DNA from: Alphaproteobacteria bacterium
GTDB taxonomy: Bacteria; Pseudomonadota; Alphaproteobacteria; SP197
NCBI GenBank assembly: GCA_964291415.2
Contig: OZ219920.1
Coordinates: 704,001 to 768,000 of the forward strand
Direction: 5' to 3'
DNA length: 64,000 bases
In this document: positions 29,056 to 40,485 of the stretch, one piece after another
Layout: every line of letters starts with the position of its first letter
Position numbering within the stretch: position 1 is the first letter of the stretch
The notes under the pieces: model-generated
What the model was told of the DNA's origin: nothing
Databases searched by the model: none
The model's input: the letters and a program-made list of their open reading frames with translations, nothing else
Translations under genes and position numbers: made by a program

Positions 29056-29241
29056 ATGGTTGACCGTTACACCAAGATCATTCTGACGATTATCGCGTTC
29101 GCGCTGTGCGTCCTGGCGATCCAGAACAGTGTGCCAACTGCCACCGCAGTCGGCCTCGAGTGCGGAGAGTCGTGGAGTCCCTGCTTCGTCTACGTGATTG
29201 ATGGCTCGATCAAGGTGAGTGGGAGCGTACACACCTACTGA
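29056..29241 (+). CDS. small hypothetical membrane/exported protein (61 aa)
   Basis: Strong GAGGAGG RBS; DRYTKIILTIIA..L..LAI hydrophobic helix, CG....PC motif. Confidence 0.6.
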   Translation: MVDRYTKIILTIIAFALCVLAIQNSVPTATAVGLECGESWSPCFVYVIDGSIKVSGSVHTY

Positions 29242-29300
29242 GCCTTCGTGCATCGCACGGCCAGACTTCAAATGGGGACACGTCTCCGCTTCCAGTTGAC

Positions 29301-29342
29301 TTGACATACCCATTTCGGGTACTTAACTACCCAATATGGGTA
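29301..29342 (+). promoter_or_regulatory. sigma70-type promoter with two TACCC-N5-GGGTA palindromic operators
   Basis: TTGACA at 29301, TTAACT at 29323; palindromes at 29307-29321 and 29328-29342. Confidence 0.7.
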
Positions 29343-29977
29343 CTGAAACCACGAGATATGTTGCGAACACGTCGCACCGCAAGGGCGATCCGCGAGTCAA
29401 GGCACTTGTCGATGCGCTGTTCACCTCCACGCAGCAGCGTGTACTCGCCTTGCTTTTCGGTCAGCCGGACCGCGAATTTTTCGTATCCGAAATCATTGAG
29501 TTGGCTGGATCGGGGCGAGGGGCGGTGCAGCGAGAACTCGCCCGGCTCGCAGGGAGCGGCCTCGCAGCGGTTTCACAGGTCGGCAACCGCAAGCATTACA
29601 AGGCGAACCGCAATTCGCCTCTCTTTGATGAAGTCTGCAGCATCGTTCGCAAGACCATTGGCTTGGAGGAGTCCGTTCGAAATGGGCTCAAGCCGTTGGC
29701 GGACCGGCTCATCGTCGCCCTACTATTCGGATCGACCGTGCGGCGCACGGACACGGCAACGAGCGATATCGATCTCCTGCTCGTCTCCGACGACGTGACA
29801 CTGGAAGCGGTCTACGCCGTCATGGCGCCGGTGGAAGACATGCTCGGCCGGCGAGTGAACCCGATGATCTACACGTCGGACGAGTTCCGGAAGCGGCGTA
29901 CAGCCAACACCGGGTTTCTGACTCGGATTCTGCAAGGACCGCATATCATTCTCATGGGCAGCCTCGATGGTGATTGA
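29336..29977 (+). CDS. wHTH plus minimal nucleotidyltransferase (MNT) antitoxin-like protein
   Basis: N-terminal HTH (GAVQRELARL..SGL), FGS.......SDIDLLLV polymerase-beta motif. Confidence 0.85.
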   Translation: MGTETTRYVANTSHRKGDPRVKALVDALFTSTQQRVLALLFGQPDREFFVSEIIELAGSGRGAVQRELARLAGSGLAAVSQVGNRKHYKANRNSPLFDEVCSIVRKTIGLEESVRNGLKPLADRLIVALLFGSTVRRTDTATSDIDLLLVSDDVTLEAVYAVMAPVEDMLGRRVNPMIYTSDEFRKRRTANTGFLTRILQGPHIILMGSLDGD

Positions 29978-30395
29978 GCACCTGGACAATCTGGTGGCAG
30001 CGGACCGGTTGAAAGCGGAGCCGCCAATTGCCGACGAGGTCTCGGGATTGATTCGATCCGGAGTCGCCCGGCTCGCGGATGCGAAGAATGAGGGCCTCAG
30101 CCTGGAGTCCCGATTTGACCTCGCGTACAACGCCGCGCACGCCTTGTCCCTGGCAGGGCTGCGGAGCACCGGCTATCGCCCGAACAATCGTTATCTCGTA
30201 TTCCAGTGCCTTGAACACACGCTTGGCATTTCGGCCGAGAGATGGCGCGTGCTGGACGACGCGCATCGCAGAAGGAACCTTGCTGAATACGAAGGAGCGG
30301 TTGACGTCGATGAAGCCTTGGTGGCGGCGGTGATTCGGGTGACCGAGGAACTGGCGGCTCGGATCGGGCACGCAGGTGACGGCGCGGCGTCGTAG
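29967..30395 (+). CDS. HEPN-like toxin partner
   Basis: AYNAAH helix, GYR, RRNLAEYEG (Rx4Y variant of Rx4-6H); overlaps the MNT gene. Confidence 0.7.
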   Translation: MVIEHLDNLVAADRLKAEPPIADEVSGLIRSGVARLADAKNEGLSLESRFDLAYNAAHALSLAGLRSTGYRPNNRYLVFQCLEHTLGISAERWRVLDDAHRRRNLAEYEGAVDVDEALVAAVIRVTEELAARIGHAGDGAAS

Positions 30396-30933
30396 AGCCC
30401 CGGGGTCCGCGATATTGGTGCCGTCCTTCCCGTGATTGCGGGAAAGGTGGTGGGGCCAGCGTTGTTGACGTGATGGTCTGGACCATTCGGGACCGGAGAG
30501 CGTCGCGGGGTCACGGGGAAGGATCGTCAGGCAATCCGGCAGATCCCGCTTTCGCCCCTCGAGATTCCTCGTGCGGGATCGTGGATGTTCCGGTCGGTCC
30601 GAGCCGGCTGGGTGCGCCGCGGGGGATCGACTGCGCCCGACAATTGCGAACCCCGGAACCCGCTCCCTTGGCAGTCGAAGGCAGGGCTGTTCAGGCGCCG
30701 TGGTGCCATGATGCGCACAATTCGATGACATGGAACTGTCGCCGCACCTCCAGGTGCAAGCCGTCCTGGAGCCCGATACGGTCACCGAGGCCGGGCCGGG
30801 GGCGGTTTTCCGTTGACCGCGGACGGTCATCCGCATAGGTTCCGGCACTTGCGACGCGGCGCCGGACGCGCGCGGGAACTTCCGTCAAGAGACATGTCAG
30901 CGCCGTTGGCGCCTGTTGCGGAGAGATGCACTC

Positions 30934-32706
30934 GTGACCGACAAGCAGATGACAGGTTCAGAGATTCTCGTCAAGGTCCTCCAGGATCTCGGTGTGGACG
31001 TCATCTTCGGTTATCCGGGTGGCGCCGTGCTGCCGATCTATGATGCGCTGTGCCAGCAGAACAGCCTGCGGCACATCCTGGTGCGCCAGGAGGGCGCGGC
31101 GGTGCATGCCGCCGAAGGATATGCCCGCTCGACCGGCAAGGTCGGCGTCGTCCTAGTGACGTCTGGCCCGGGAGCGACGAACTGCGTGACCGGCCTTGCC
31201 GACGCCTTGATGGATTCGGTGCCCGTGGTCTGTCTCACGGGCCAGGTCCCCACGCACCTGATCGGCAACGATGCCTTCCAGGAGGCCGATACCCTCGGTA
31301 TCACGCGGCCCTGTACCAAGCACAACTACCTCGTGAAGGATGTCGATGATCTCGCGCGTGTCGTCAGGGAGGCGTTCCTGGTTGCCGCCAGCGGTCGGCC
31401 CGGTCCGGTTGTGGTGGACCTGCCCAAGGACGTGGTGACGGCCTCCACCGCCTATGCGCGGCCATCGGCGCCGATTCAGCATCCAAGCTACAGTCCCCGC
31501 CTCAAGGGGGACCACGAACGGATTTCCGAAGCTGTCGATCTGCTGGCGGGCGCCAGGCAGCCCCTGATCTATGCCGGAGGCGGCGTCGTCAATTCCGGTC
31601 CCGCGGCGTCACAGCTGTTGACCAATCTGGTCAATATGACCGGCATCCCCACCACGCTCACTCTCATGGGGCTGGGCGCCCTGCCGGCGTCCAACAGGAA
31701 CTTCATCGGCATGGTCGGCATGCACGGGTCGCTGGAAGCCAACATGTGCATGCACGACTGCGATGTCATGCTGTGCGTTGGCGCGCGGTTCGATGATCGC
31801 GTGACGGGCCGGACCGATGCGTTCTCTCCCGAATCGCGCAAGATCCATATCGACATCGACGCCTCGTCGATCAACAAGAACATCCATGTCGATGTGCCCA
31901 TCATCGGCGACTGCGGCTACGTGCTCGAGCACTTCATCAAGCTCTGGAAGTCGCGTCAGGCGCGTTGTGACGGTGACGCTCTTGACCGGTGGTGGACGCA
32001 GATCGACGGGTGGCGCCAGCGCAAGTCGTTCAGCTACAAGCCCTCCGACACCCTGATCAAGCCGCAGCATGCCCTCGAGGTTCTCAACCGGCGTATCTCC
32101 GGCAGGGATGATGTCTACATCACCACCGAAGTCGGCCAGCACCAGATGTGGGCGGCCCAGTTCCTGCACTTCGAGAAGCCGAATCACTGGATGACCTCGG
32201 GCGGACTCGGCACCATGGGCTACGGGCTGCCGGCGGCGCTCGGCGTCCAGATTGCCCACCCCGACGCCCTTGTCATCGATGTGGCGGGCGAGGCGTCGGT
32301 GCTCATGAACATGCAGGAGATGTCGACGCTGGCGCAGTACCGCTTGCCGGTCAAGGCGTTCATTCTCAACAACAGATGGATGGGGATGGTGCGTCAGTGG
32401 CAGGAGTTCTTCTTTGGCGGACGCTACTCCGAGAGCTACATGGATTCTCTGCCGGACTTCGTGAAACTCGCCGAGGCCTATGGTGCTGTCGGTCTGCGGG
32501 CCACAACGCCGGACGAACTCGACGATGTTGTCGACGAGATGATCGCCACGCCCAGCGCGGTGATCGCCGACATCGTCGTCGACCCGGACGAAAACGTCTA
32601 TCCGATGATCCCGGCCGGCGCCGCCCACAATCAGGTCACCATGAGTCCCGATGAGGAAGTGGTGCTCGATCAGGTCCACAAGGAAGAAGGCATGGTCCTG
32701 GTCTAG
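30934..32706 (+). CDS. ilvB: acetolactate synthase large subunit
   Basis: FGYPGGAVLPIYD, TSGPGATN, DAFQE, GARFDDR, VGQHQMW, SGGLGTMG. Confidence 0.96.
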   Translation: MTDKQMTGSEILVKVLQDLGVDVIFGYPGGAVLPIYDALCQQNSLRHILVRQEGAAVHAAEGYARSTGKVGVVLVTSGPGATNCVTGLADALMDSVPVVCLTGQVPTHLIGNDAFQEADTLGITRPCTKHNYLVKDVDDLARVVREAFLVAASGRPGPVVVDLPKDVVTASTAYARPSAPIQHPSYSPRLKGDHERISEAVDLLAGARQPLIYAGGGVVNSGPAASQLLTNLVNMTGIPTTLTLMGLGALPASNRNFIGMVGMHGSLEANMCMHDCDVMLCVGARFDDRVTGRTDAFSPESRKIHIDIDASSINKNIHVDVPIIGDCGYVLEHFIKLWKSRQARCDGDALDRWWTQIDGWRQRKSFSYKPSDTLIKPQHALEVLNRRISGRDDVYITTEVGQHQMWAAQFLHFEKPNHWMTSGGLGTMGYGLPAALGVQIAHPDALVIDVAGEASVLMNMQEMSTLAQYRLPVKAFILNNRWMGMVRQWQEFFFGGRYSESYMDSLPDFVKLAEAYGAVGLRATTPDELDDVVDEMIATPSAVIADIVVDPDENVYPMIPAGAAHNQVTMSPDEEVVLDQVHKEEGMVLV

Positions 32707-32717
32707 GGTCCGAACGC

Positions 32718-33242
32718 ATGCCTGCCGCCGAGAAGAAGACCGTTTCCACACGGAAAGCGACGATTGCCGTCCTGGTCGACAATGAACCGGGTGTGCTGGC
32801 GCGCGTCGTCGGGCTGTTTTCCGGGCGTGGCTACAACATCGATTCGCTGACCGTCAACGAGGTCGACGAGGCCGCCGGGCTGTCGCGCATCACCATCGTC
32901 ACCAGCGGAACCGAAATGGTGATTGCCCAGATCATGGCGCAGCTGCAGCGCATCGTGCCGGTGCACAGGGTCTGCGATCTCGTGACGCAAGGCCTGCACG
33001 TCGAACGCGAGCTGGCTCTCGTGAAGGTGGCGAGCAGTGGCGACAAGCGTGTCGAAGCCCTGCGGATCGCCGACATCTTCCGCGCCAGGGTTGTCGACAG
33101 CACCATCGGATCGTTCGTGTTCGAGATCACCGGATCGCTCGACAAGATCTCGGCATTTGTCGATCTCATGCGCCCGCTGGGGCTGGTCGACGTCTCCCGC
33201 ACCGGCGTCGCCGCCATTTCCCGCGGTCCCGATCCGATCTGA
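32718..33242 (+). CDS. ilvN: acetolactate synthase small subunit
   Basis: [25 protein letters not shown] domain, RELAL.KV. Confidence 0.95.
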   Translation: MPAAEKKTVSTRKATIAVLVDNEPGVLARVVGLFSGRGYNIDSLTVNEVDEAAGLSRITIVTSGTEMVIAQIMAQLQRIVPVHRVCDLVTQGLHVERELALVKVASSGDKRVEALRIADIFRARVVDSTIGSFVFEITGSLDKISAFVDLMRPLGLVDVSRTGVAAISRGPDPI

Positions 33243-33268
33243 AATCACCACCTGTCCGGAGCATTGCC

Positions 33269-34288
33269 ATGCGCGTCTATTACGATCACGACGCTGATCT
33301 CAACCTCATCAAGGCCAGCAAGGTCGCGATCATTGGCTATGGAAGCCAGGGGCACGCCCATGCGCTGAATCTGAGGGACAGTGGCGCGAAGGACCTGGCG
33401 ATCGGGTTGAGACCGGGTTCGGCAAGCGCCCCCAAGGCCGAGGCCGAGGGACTCCGGGTCATGGGCACCGCCGAGGCGGCCAAGTGGGCCGACTTTGTCA
33501 TGGTTGTCACTCCCGACGAGGGACAGCGACGCCTCTACAACGAGGACCTCGCCCCCAACCTTCGTGACGGCGCGACCCTTGCCTTTGCCCATGGGCTCAA
33601 CATTCACTTCAATCTCATCGAGCCCCGTGCCGATCTCAACGTGATCATGGTTGCGCCCAAGGGCCCCGGGCACACGGTGCGTGGCGAGTATGCAAGGGGA
33701 GCGGGCGTCCCCTGCCTGCTGGCGGTGGCCCAGGATCCCGGCAGCCTTTCCCACGAGACCGGTCTGAGCTATGCCTGCGCCATTGGCGGCGGGCGGGCAG
33801 GCGTCATCGAAACCACGTTCCGGGAGGAATGCGAGACCGATCTCTTCGGCGAACAGGTGGTGTTGTGCGGTGGCCTGACGGCTCTCATCATGGCCGCCTA
33901 CGAGACCCTGGTCGATGCCGGCTACGCCCCCGAAATGGCCTATTTCGAGACCCTCCACGAGGTGAAACTCATCGTCGATCTGATCTACGAGGGCGGTATC
34001 GCAAACATGCGCTATTCGGTGTCCAACACGGCCGAGTACGGCGACTACACCCGCGGTCCCCGCGTCATCGATGACGAGACGAGGCTGAGGATGAAGACGA
34101 TCCTCGCAGAGATCCAGGCGGGTCGCTTCGCCAGGGACTGGATGCTGGAGAACGAGGTCGGGCAGACGAGTTTCAAGGCGATGCGCCGCCGCGCCGCCGA
34201 ACATCCCATCGAGGAGGTCGGCGAGAGGCTCCGTGCCATGATGCCGTGGATCTCCGAGGATCGCCTCGTGGACAAGTCACGAAACTGA
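33269..34288 (+). CDS. ilvC: ketol-acid reductoisomerase
   Basis: [43 protein letters not shown]. Confidence 0.97.
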   Translation: MRVYYDHDADLNLIKASKVAIIGYGSQGHAHALNLRDSGAKDLAIGLRPGSASAPKAEAEGLRVMGTAEAAKWADFVMVVTPDEGQRRLYNEDLAPNLRDGATLAFAHGLNIHFNLIEPRADLNVIMVAPKGPGHTVRGEYARGAGVPCLLAVAQDPGSLSHETGLSYACAIGGGRAGVIETTFREECETDLFGEQVVLCGGLTALIMAAYETLVDAGYAPEMAYFETLHEVKLIVDLIYEGGIANMRYSVSNTAEYGDYTRGPRVIDDETRLRMKTILAEIQAGRFARDWMLENEVGQTSFKAMRRRAAEHPIEEVGERLRAMMPWISEDRLVDKSRN

Positions 34289-34337
34289 CTCGCCTTTGTC
34301 CGATTGCATTCGAATGTGCGGGGCAATCATGATATGA

Positions 34338-35477
<1,140 letters not shown>

Positions 35478-35511
35478 CGGTGGTTCCGCAGTGAGAGGTG
35501 GTGACTGACGC

Positions 35512-36372
35512 ATGCTGAAGCTTGTCCTGCTCACCCGCCAGACCACCCAACGCTTCGCACTGCCCTTTTTCGTCGTCGCCGCCCTCGCCTTCATTCTCAT
35601 GAGCCGCACGGACAATCCCTGGGTCATCGACGCCCGCACGCGCACCCTTGACGTGCTCGCCCCTGTCATCGATGTGGCCTCCCGCCCGGTGTCGGCGGTC
35701 AACGCGGCGGTGGATTCAGTCAACAACTGGCTTGCCGTTGCGGCCGAGAACGAGAAACTGCGCCGCGAGAATGCACGCCTGATGCACTGGCAGGCGGCGG
35801 CGCGCCAGTTGCTCGCCGAGAATCGCGAGTTCCGCGCACTTCTTTCCAGTGTCGCCGAACCTCGCGCGGCCTTTGTCACGGCCCGCATCATCGGTCATTC
35901 CAGCGGTACGTTCGTCAGGACGGCGGTCCTCAATGCCGGAAGCCGTGACGGTGTCAGGGTAGGGCAGGCGGTGGTCGCAACCCATGGTCTCGTGGGCAGG
36001 ATCACGGAGACGGCACGGCACAGCAGCAGGGTTCTGCTGCTGACCGATCTCAACAGCCGTATCCCGGTTGTCTTCGAATCCAGTCGCAAGCCGGCCATCG
36101 TCAGCGGTGACAATTCGCGCGTCCTGTCGCTGTTGTTCACCGAGTTGGCAGGCACCATCGATTCCGGCGAGCGACTCGTGACATCGGGCGAGGGCGGGAT
36201 GCTGCCTCCCGGGATCCCGGTGGGAATTGTCACCGGTTCACAAGGCGGTCTTCCCCGGGTGACGCCCTTCGTCGACCCTGCCCGCATCGAGCACGTGCGC
36301 GTCCTCGACTACACGCTGCCCGGTCTCATGCAGACAACACGCGAGGCCGGCATGCTGGAACCGCTGTGGTAA
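35512..36372 (+). CDS. mreC: rod shape-determining protein MreC
   Basis: TM plus coiled coil (EN..LR.EN), GLVGRI, VLL.TD..S.IP, TSG.GG..P.G; operon position. Confidence 0.92.
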   Translation: MLKLVLLTRQTTQRFALPFFVVAALAFILMSRTDNPWVIDARTRTLDVLAPVIDVASRPVSAVNAAVDSVNNWLAVAAENEKLRRENARLMHWQAAARQLLAENREFRALLSSVAEPRAAFVTARIIGHSSGTFVRTAVLNAGSRDGVRVGQAVVATHGLVGRITETARHSSRVLLLTDLNSRIPVVFESSRKPAIVSGDNSRVLSLLFTELAGTIDSGERLVTSGEGGMLPPGIPVGIVTGSQGGLPRVTPFVDPARIEHVRVLDYTLPGLMQTTREAGMLEPLW

Positions 36373-36905
36373 TCGAGGGCTGGGGCGCAAGCCTGAAGCG
36401 CCGGGCGGTATCGTTCCTGCCCCTGGTGTCGGGCGTTGCTCTCGTGCTCGTGACCGCGACGCCGCTCTATTTCGGCCATGTCGGCGATGTCGCCCCGCGC
36501 TTCGGAGTGACCGCCGTCATCTTCTGGACTGTCTACCGCCCCGATCTCTTCGGCTACGCCTCCGCCTTCTGTCTCGGAATCGTTGCGGATCTCATGACCG
36601 GGCTTCCGCTCGGCATCACGGCGCTCGTCCTTGTCATGGTCCGTTACGGTGTCTTCACGCGCCGCCGCTACTTCCTGCGCAAGTCCTTCCACATCGTCTG
36701 GGCCGAGTATGCGCTCGTGGTCATTGCCGCGGTGGTCATCGACTGGATGCTGGCGGCTCTCTATCTGTGGTCCTATCCCGGACTGCTGGTCCATGTGTTC
36801 CAGGTCCTGTTGACCGTGGCCCTGTTCCCGGCAGTCTACTGGCTCCTCGCGCGGTGTCAGGATCTGGTCTCCCTTGCCGGACGGGAGGCTGCCGGCTCGG
36901 GCTGA
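36366..36905 (+). CDS. mreD: rod shape-determining protein MreD
   Basis: Hydrophobic; W...RP, G...DL..G..LG; between mreC and mrdA. Confidence 0.88.
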   Translation: MVIEGWGASLKRRAVSFLPLVSGVALVLVTATPLYFGHVGDVAPRFGVTAVIFWTVYRPDLFGYASAFCLGIVADLMTGLPLGITALVLVMVRYGVFTRRRYFLRKSFHIVWAEYALVVIAAVVIDWMLAALYLWSYPGLLVHVFQVLLTVALFPAVYWLLARCQDLVSLAGREAAGSG

Positions 36906-36906
36906 C

Positions 36907-38766
36907 ATGCGGGAGGACTTCGAGCAGCGAACTCTGGTGAACCGGCGCTCGGTCGTCCTCTTCGGCGTGAAGGGATTGCTGGTGGCCGCGGTGGCCGGGC
37001 GCCTCTACGAGTTCCAGGTTGTCGATGCGGCGCGCTACCAGCGCCTGTCCAATGACAACCGCATCAGCATCCGCCTGCTGCCGCCCCGCCGCGGACTGAT
37101 TGTCGACCGGTTTGGCAAGGGCCTGGCGGTCAACCGGCCCACCTATCAGCTGATCATGACTCCCGAGCAGACCGGCGACGTCGAGATTACCCTCGAGCGC
37201 ATTGCCGCGCTCATCGATCTTGATGACGGCACCATCGCGAAGGTGCTGCGCAAGATCGGTGTCCAGGAGGGATTCATCCCCGTCACCGTGCGCCAGAACC
37301 TGTCCTGGCGGGAGGTGGCGCGCATCGAGGTGAACCTGCCGGTGCTGCCGGGCATCGTCATCGAGACGGTCCCGCATCGCCACTATCCCTTTGCCGGCCT
37401 CGTGGCCCACGTCTCGGGTTATGTCGGTGAAGTGTCGCAATCCGAACTCGAGGGCGACAAGGTGCTGAGATTCCCCGGTTTCCGCACCGGCAAGACGGGA
37501 ATAGAGAAGGTCTACGAGCACCAGTTGCGGGGAACGCCGGGCACGCGCCAGGTCGAGGTCAATGCAGTGGGACGCGTCATCCGGGAGATCGAACGCCGCG
37601 AGGACGATCCCGGTTCGGACATCCGCCTCACGATCGACATGGCGCTCCAGGAGTTCGCCGTACGCAGAATGAAGAACCAGACGGGGTCCGTGGTCGTTCT
37701 TGACGCTCTCAACGGCGATGTGCTGACCCTGGCATCGGTCCCGAGTTTCGATCCCAATGTGTTCAACTTCGGACTGACCGGGGATGCCTGGCAGGCCCTG
37801 CTCAACGATCCTCGCTCGCCCTTGCTCAACAAGCCCGTTGCCGGCCAGTATCCCCCGGCCTCGACGTTCAAGATGATGGTGGCGCTGGCGGCGCTGGAAG
37901 CCGGAGCCGTGACCCCTGCGACAACCATGCACTGTTCCGGCAGCTTCACCCTGGGTGACCGGACTTTCCGATGCTGGCGGCATTGGGGCCATGGAGAGGT
38001 CAGTCTCATCGATGCCCTGAAGGCGTCGTGCGACGTGTACTTCTACGAGGTGGCCCATCTCGTCGGAGTGGACCGGATTGCCGCCATGGCCCGGCGTTTC
38101 GGCCTTGGCGAAACGACGGGGATCGAGCTCACCGGGGAACGGGCCGGGCTGGTTCCCACCGCGGCCTGGAAACGGGCGGTCCATGGCGAGCCGTGGTACG
38201 GCGGCGACACGATCAATGTCGGGATCGGGCAGGGCGATGTCCTCACCACACCCCTCCAGCTCGCTGTCATGACGGCCCGTCTCGCCAACGGGCACTTTCG
38301 GGTGACGCCGCGCCTGGTGCGTCGCTCCACCGGGGCCGAGGTGCCCGGATTCGACGCCCTTGATGTCGACGAGGCTCACTTGCAGGCCGTGCGCCAGGGC
38401 ATGGTTGACGTGGTCAACAACGCCGACGGGGGGACGGCCTACACTGCGAGGATCCAGGACGAGGGCATGGAGATGGCCGGCAAGACCGGCACCTCCCAGG
38501 TGCGGCGTCTCAGGAAGGCCGAACGGGAAGGTCGGTTGAGTGAGGAGGACATACCCTGGGCTGAACGGGACCACGGTCTCTTCATCGGCTATGCCCCGCT
38601 TGACGAACCCCGTTATGTCGCCGCTGCGATTGTCGATCACGGCGGGGCCGGGTCCAGATCGGCGGCACCGGTGGTGCGTGACGTGTTGCGTGAGGCGCAG
38701 AGGCGGCAGTCGATCCGCTGGAACACCGGCGACGACCCATCCGGCCAGGCGGAAGGGACCGCGTGA
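36907..38766 (+). CDS. mrdA: penicillin-binding protein 2
   Basis: RG.I.DR.G, STFK (SxxK), SCD (SxN/D), KTGT motifs. Confidence 0.95.
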   Translation: MREDFEQRTLVNRRSVVLFGVKGLLVAAVAGRLYEFQVVDAARYQRLSNDNRISIRLLPPRRGLIVDRFGKGLAVNRPTYQLIMTPEQTGDVEITLERIAALIDLDDGTIAKVLRKIGVQEGFIPVTVRQNLSWREVARIEVNLPVLPGIVIETVPHRHYPFAGLVAHVSGYVGEVSQSELEGDKVLRFPGFRTGKTGIEKVYEHQLRGTPGTRQVEVNAVGRVIREIERREDDPGSDIRLTIDMALQEFAVRRMKNQTGSVVVLDALNGDVLTLASVPSFDPNVFNFGLTGDAWQALLNDPRSPLLNKPVAGQYPPASTFKMMVALAALEAGAVTPATTMHCSGSFTLGDRTFRCWRHWGHGEVSLIDALKASCDVYFYEVAHLVGVDRIAAMARRFGLGETTGIELTGERAGLVPTAAWKRAVHGEPWYGGDTINVGIGQGDVLTTPLQLAVMTARLANGHFRVTPRLVRRSTGAEVPGFDALDVDEAHLQAVRQGMVDVVNNADGGTAYTARIQDEGMEMAGKTGTSQVRRLRKAEREGRLSEEDIPWAERDHGLFIGYAPLDEPRYVAAAIVDHGGAGSRSAAPVVRDVLREAQRRQSIRWNTGDDPSGQAEGTA

Positions 38767-39932
38767 TGGTGGCGTTGACGACCCATCCCCTTGCCACCGG
38801 CACCCGTCTCATTGGCGGCAAGCTCGTCAACATGGCCTGGGGCCTGCTCTTCCTGCTGGTTCTGGTCGCCGGCTTCGGGTTCCTGATGCTCTATTCGGCG
38901 GCAGGAGGAGACTGGAGACCATGGGCGCTGCCCCAGATCATGCGGTTCGGAGCAGGCGTGGCCCTCTTTCTTGTCATCGCCATGATCAACATCCGTCACG
39001 TGCATCGCTGGGCCTACGTGATCTACGCCGGAGCGCTGGCCCTGCTTCTCGCCATGGAGATACCGGGAGTCAGCGGCGTCGGCGTACATCGCTGGATCCA
39101 GGTCACGCTCGGTGGCATGAAGTTCCAGTTCCAGCCATCGGAACTCATGAAGTTTGCCGTGATCCTGGCGCTTGCCCGCTACTATCACGGTCTGGCGCTC
39201 AACGTTGCCCGGCGCTGGACCAGCCTGCCGGTTCCGCTGATCCTCATCCTCTTGCCCTCTGTCCTGGTGGTCCGCCAGCCGGACCTCGGGACCGGTCTCC
39301 TGATGGTTGCGGGCGGCATCCTGCTGATGTTCCTGGCGGGCGTCCGCAAGCGCTGGTTCATCGCCGGATTCTCGGCCGTGCTCGGTATGGCGCCGGTGGT
39401 CTGGTATGTGCTCCTGCCCTATCAGAGGGACCGTGTGCTGACGTTCCTCAATCCGAATCTCGATCCCCTGGGCGCGGGTTACCACATCCAGCAGTCGAAA
39501 ATCGCTCTCGGCTCGGGGGCCGTGTGGGGCAAGGGACTGTTCAACGGCACCCAGAGCCAGCTCAATTTCCTGCCCGAAAAGCACACAGACTTCATCTTCA
39601 CCATGCTCGCCGAGGAGTTGGGGCTTGTCGGTGCGCTCGGTCTCATCCTTCTCTACTGTTTCATCGTGCTCTACGGGGTCAGCGTCGCTTCCAGAAGCAG
39701 CAGCCAGTTCGGCAGATTGCTGGCTCTTGGAATTGTGTCGACCTTCTTCCTCTACGTCTTCTCCAACATCGCCATGGTGACCGGACTGATTCCCGTCGTC
39801 GGCCTGCCCCTGCCCCTGATGTCGTTTGGCGGCACGGCGATGCTGACCCTGATGATGGCCTTCGGACTGCTCGCCAGCGTCCACGTGCATCGCGACACGG
39901 AAGTCCCCCGCCACACCACAGGTCTCATCTGA
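38766..39932 (+). CDS. rodA: rod shape-determining protein RodA
   Basis: FQPSE.MK, QPDLGT, GYHI.QS.IA.GSG, FLPE.HTDFIF, LP.MS.GGT. Confidence 0.95.
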   Translation: MVALTTHPLATGTRLIGGKLVNMAWGLLFLLVLVAGFGFLMLYSAAGGDWRPWALPQIMRFGAGVALFLVIAMINIRHVHRWAYVIYAGALALLLAMEIPGVSGVGVHRWIQVTLGGMKFQFQPSELMKFAVILALARYYHGLALNVARRWTSLPVPLILILLPSVLVVRQPDLGTGLLMVAGGILLMFLAGVRKRWFIAGFSAVLGMAPVVWYVLLPYQRDRVLTFLNPNLDPLGAGYHIQQSKIALGSGAVWGKGLFNGTQSQLNFLPEKHTDFIFTMLAEELGLVGALGLILLYCFIVLYGVSVASRSSSQFGRLLALGIVSTFFLYVFSNIAMVTGLIPVVGLPLPLMSFGGTAMLTLMMAFGLLASVHVHRDTEVPRHTTGLI

Positions 39933-40059
39933 CGACCCTGAACCCCGAAGATTGAGTGTGGACAGGAAGCGGGTTGCGGCTGCTTCCCTTGCATGCGGCA
40001 CGATCATCCACGCCGCAGTCGGATAGGTGCATGTGCCCGGTACATCCGTCCCCGCAGCG

Positions 40060-40485
40060 CTATTCCCAGGGATCGTAGCTGCCGAAGTTCCAGAGATTGC
40101 CCTCGGGATCGCGGCAGGAGTAGAGGCGCCCGCCGTGGTCCTGATCCTCCGGTGCCATGACCACCCGCGCCCCGGCGGCGACGGCGCGGGCATGGTGCGC
40201 GTCGACGTCGTCCACGATCACGTAGGCGCTCTTGGAGACAGGGCTGTCGGCCGTTTCCAGCGGTTTCTGAAGCGCGCCGAATTCGTCGTCGCGGGCCGAA
40301 CCCAGCATGATCATCCCGTTGCCGAAGACGAGCTGGGCATGGGCGATCGTCCCGTCCTCACCGGGTACGACGAGGTGCCTCTCGAATCCGAATGCCTCAC
40401 ACAGCCATGCGACGGCGGCCGGAGCGTCCCGGTAGCGCAGCGACGGAACGATGGTGGCCGTAGTGTTCTTCGCGAGGTTCGCCAT
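40060..40485 (-). CDS. VOC/glyoxalase-bleomycin resistance family protein
   Basis: P.LRY.DA..A..WL..AFGF, AHAQL..G.G.IMLG, CRDPEGNLWNFG.YDPW. Confidence 0.88.
   Translation of the reverse strand: MANLAKNTTATIVPSLRYRDAPAAVAWLCEAFGFERHLVVPGEDGTIAHAQLVFGNGMIMLGSARDDEFGALQKPLETADSPVSKSAYVIVDDVDAHHARAVAAGARVVMAPEDQDHGGRLYSCRDPEGNLWNFGSYDPWE

Noticed and set aside
30400-30930. Possible ilv attenuator or riboswitch upstream of ilvB (hairpins near 30426-30446, 30542-30580 and 30749-30770)
   Set aside because: No Leu/Ile/Val-rich leader peptide or terminator with a U-tract found; such hairpins are expected at this GC content
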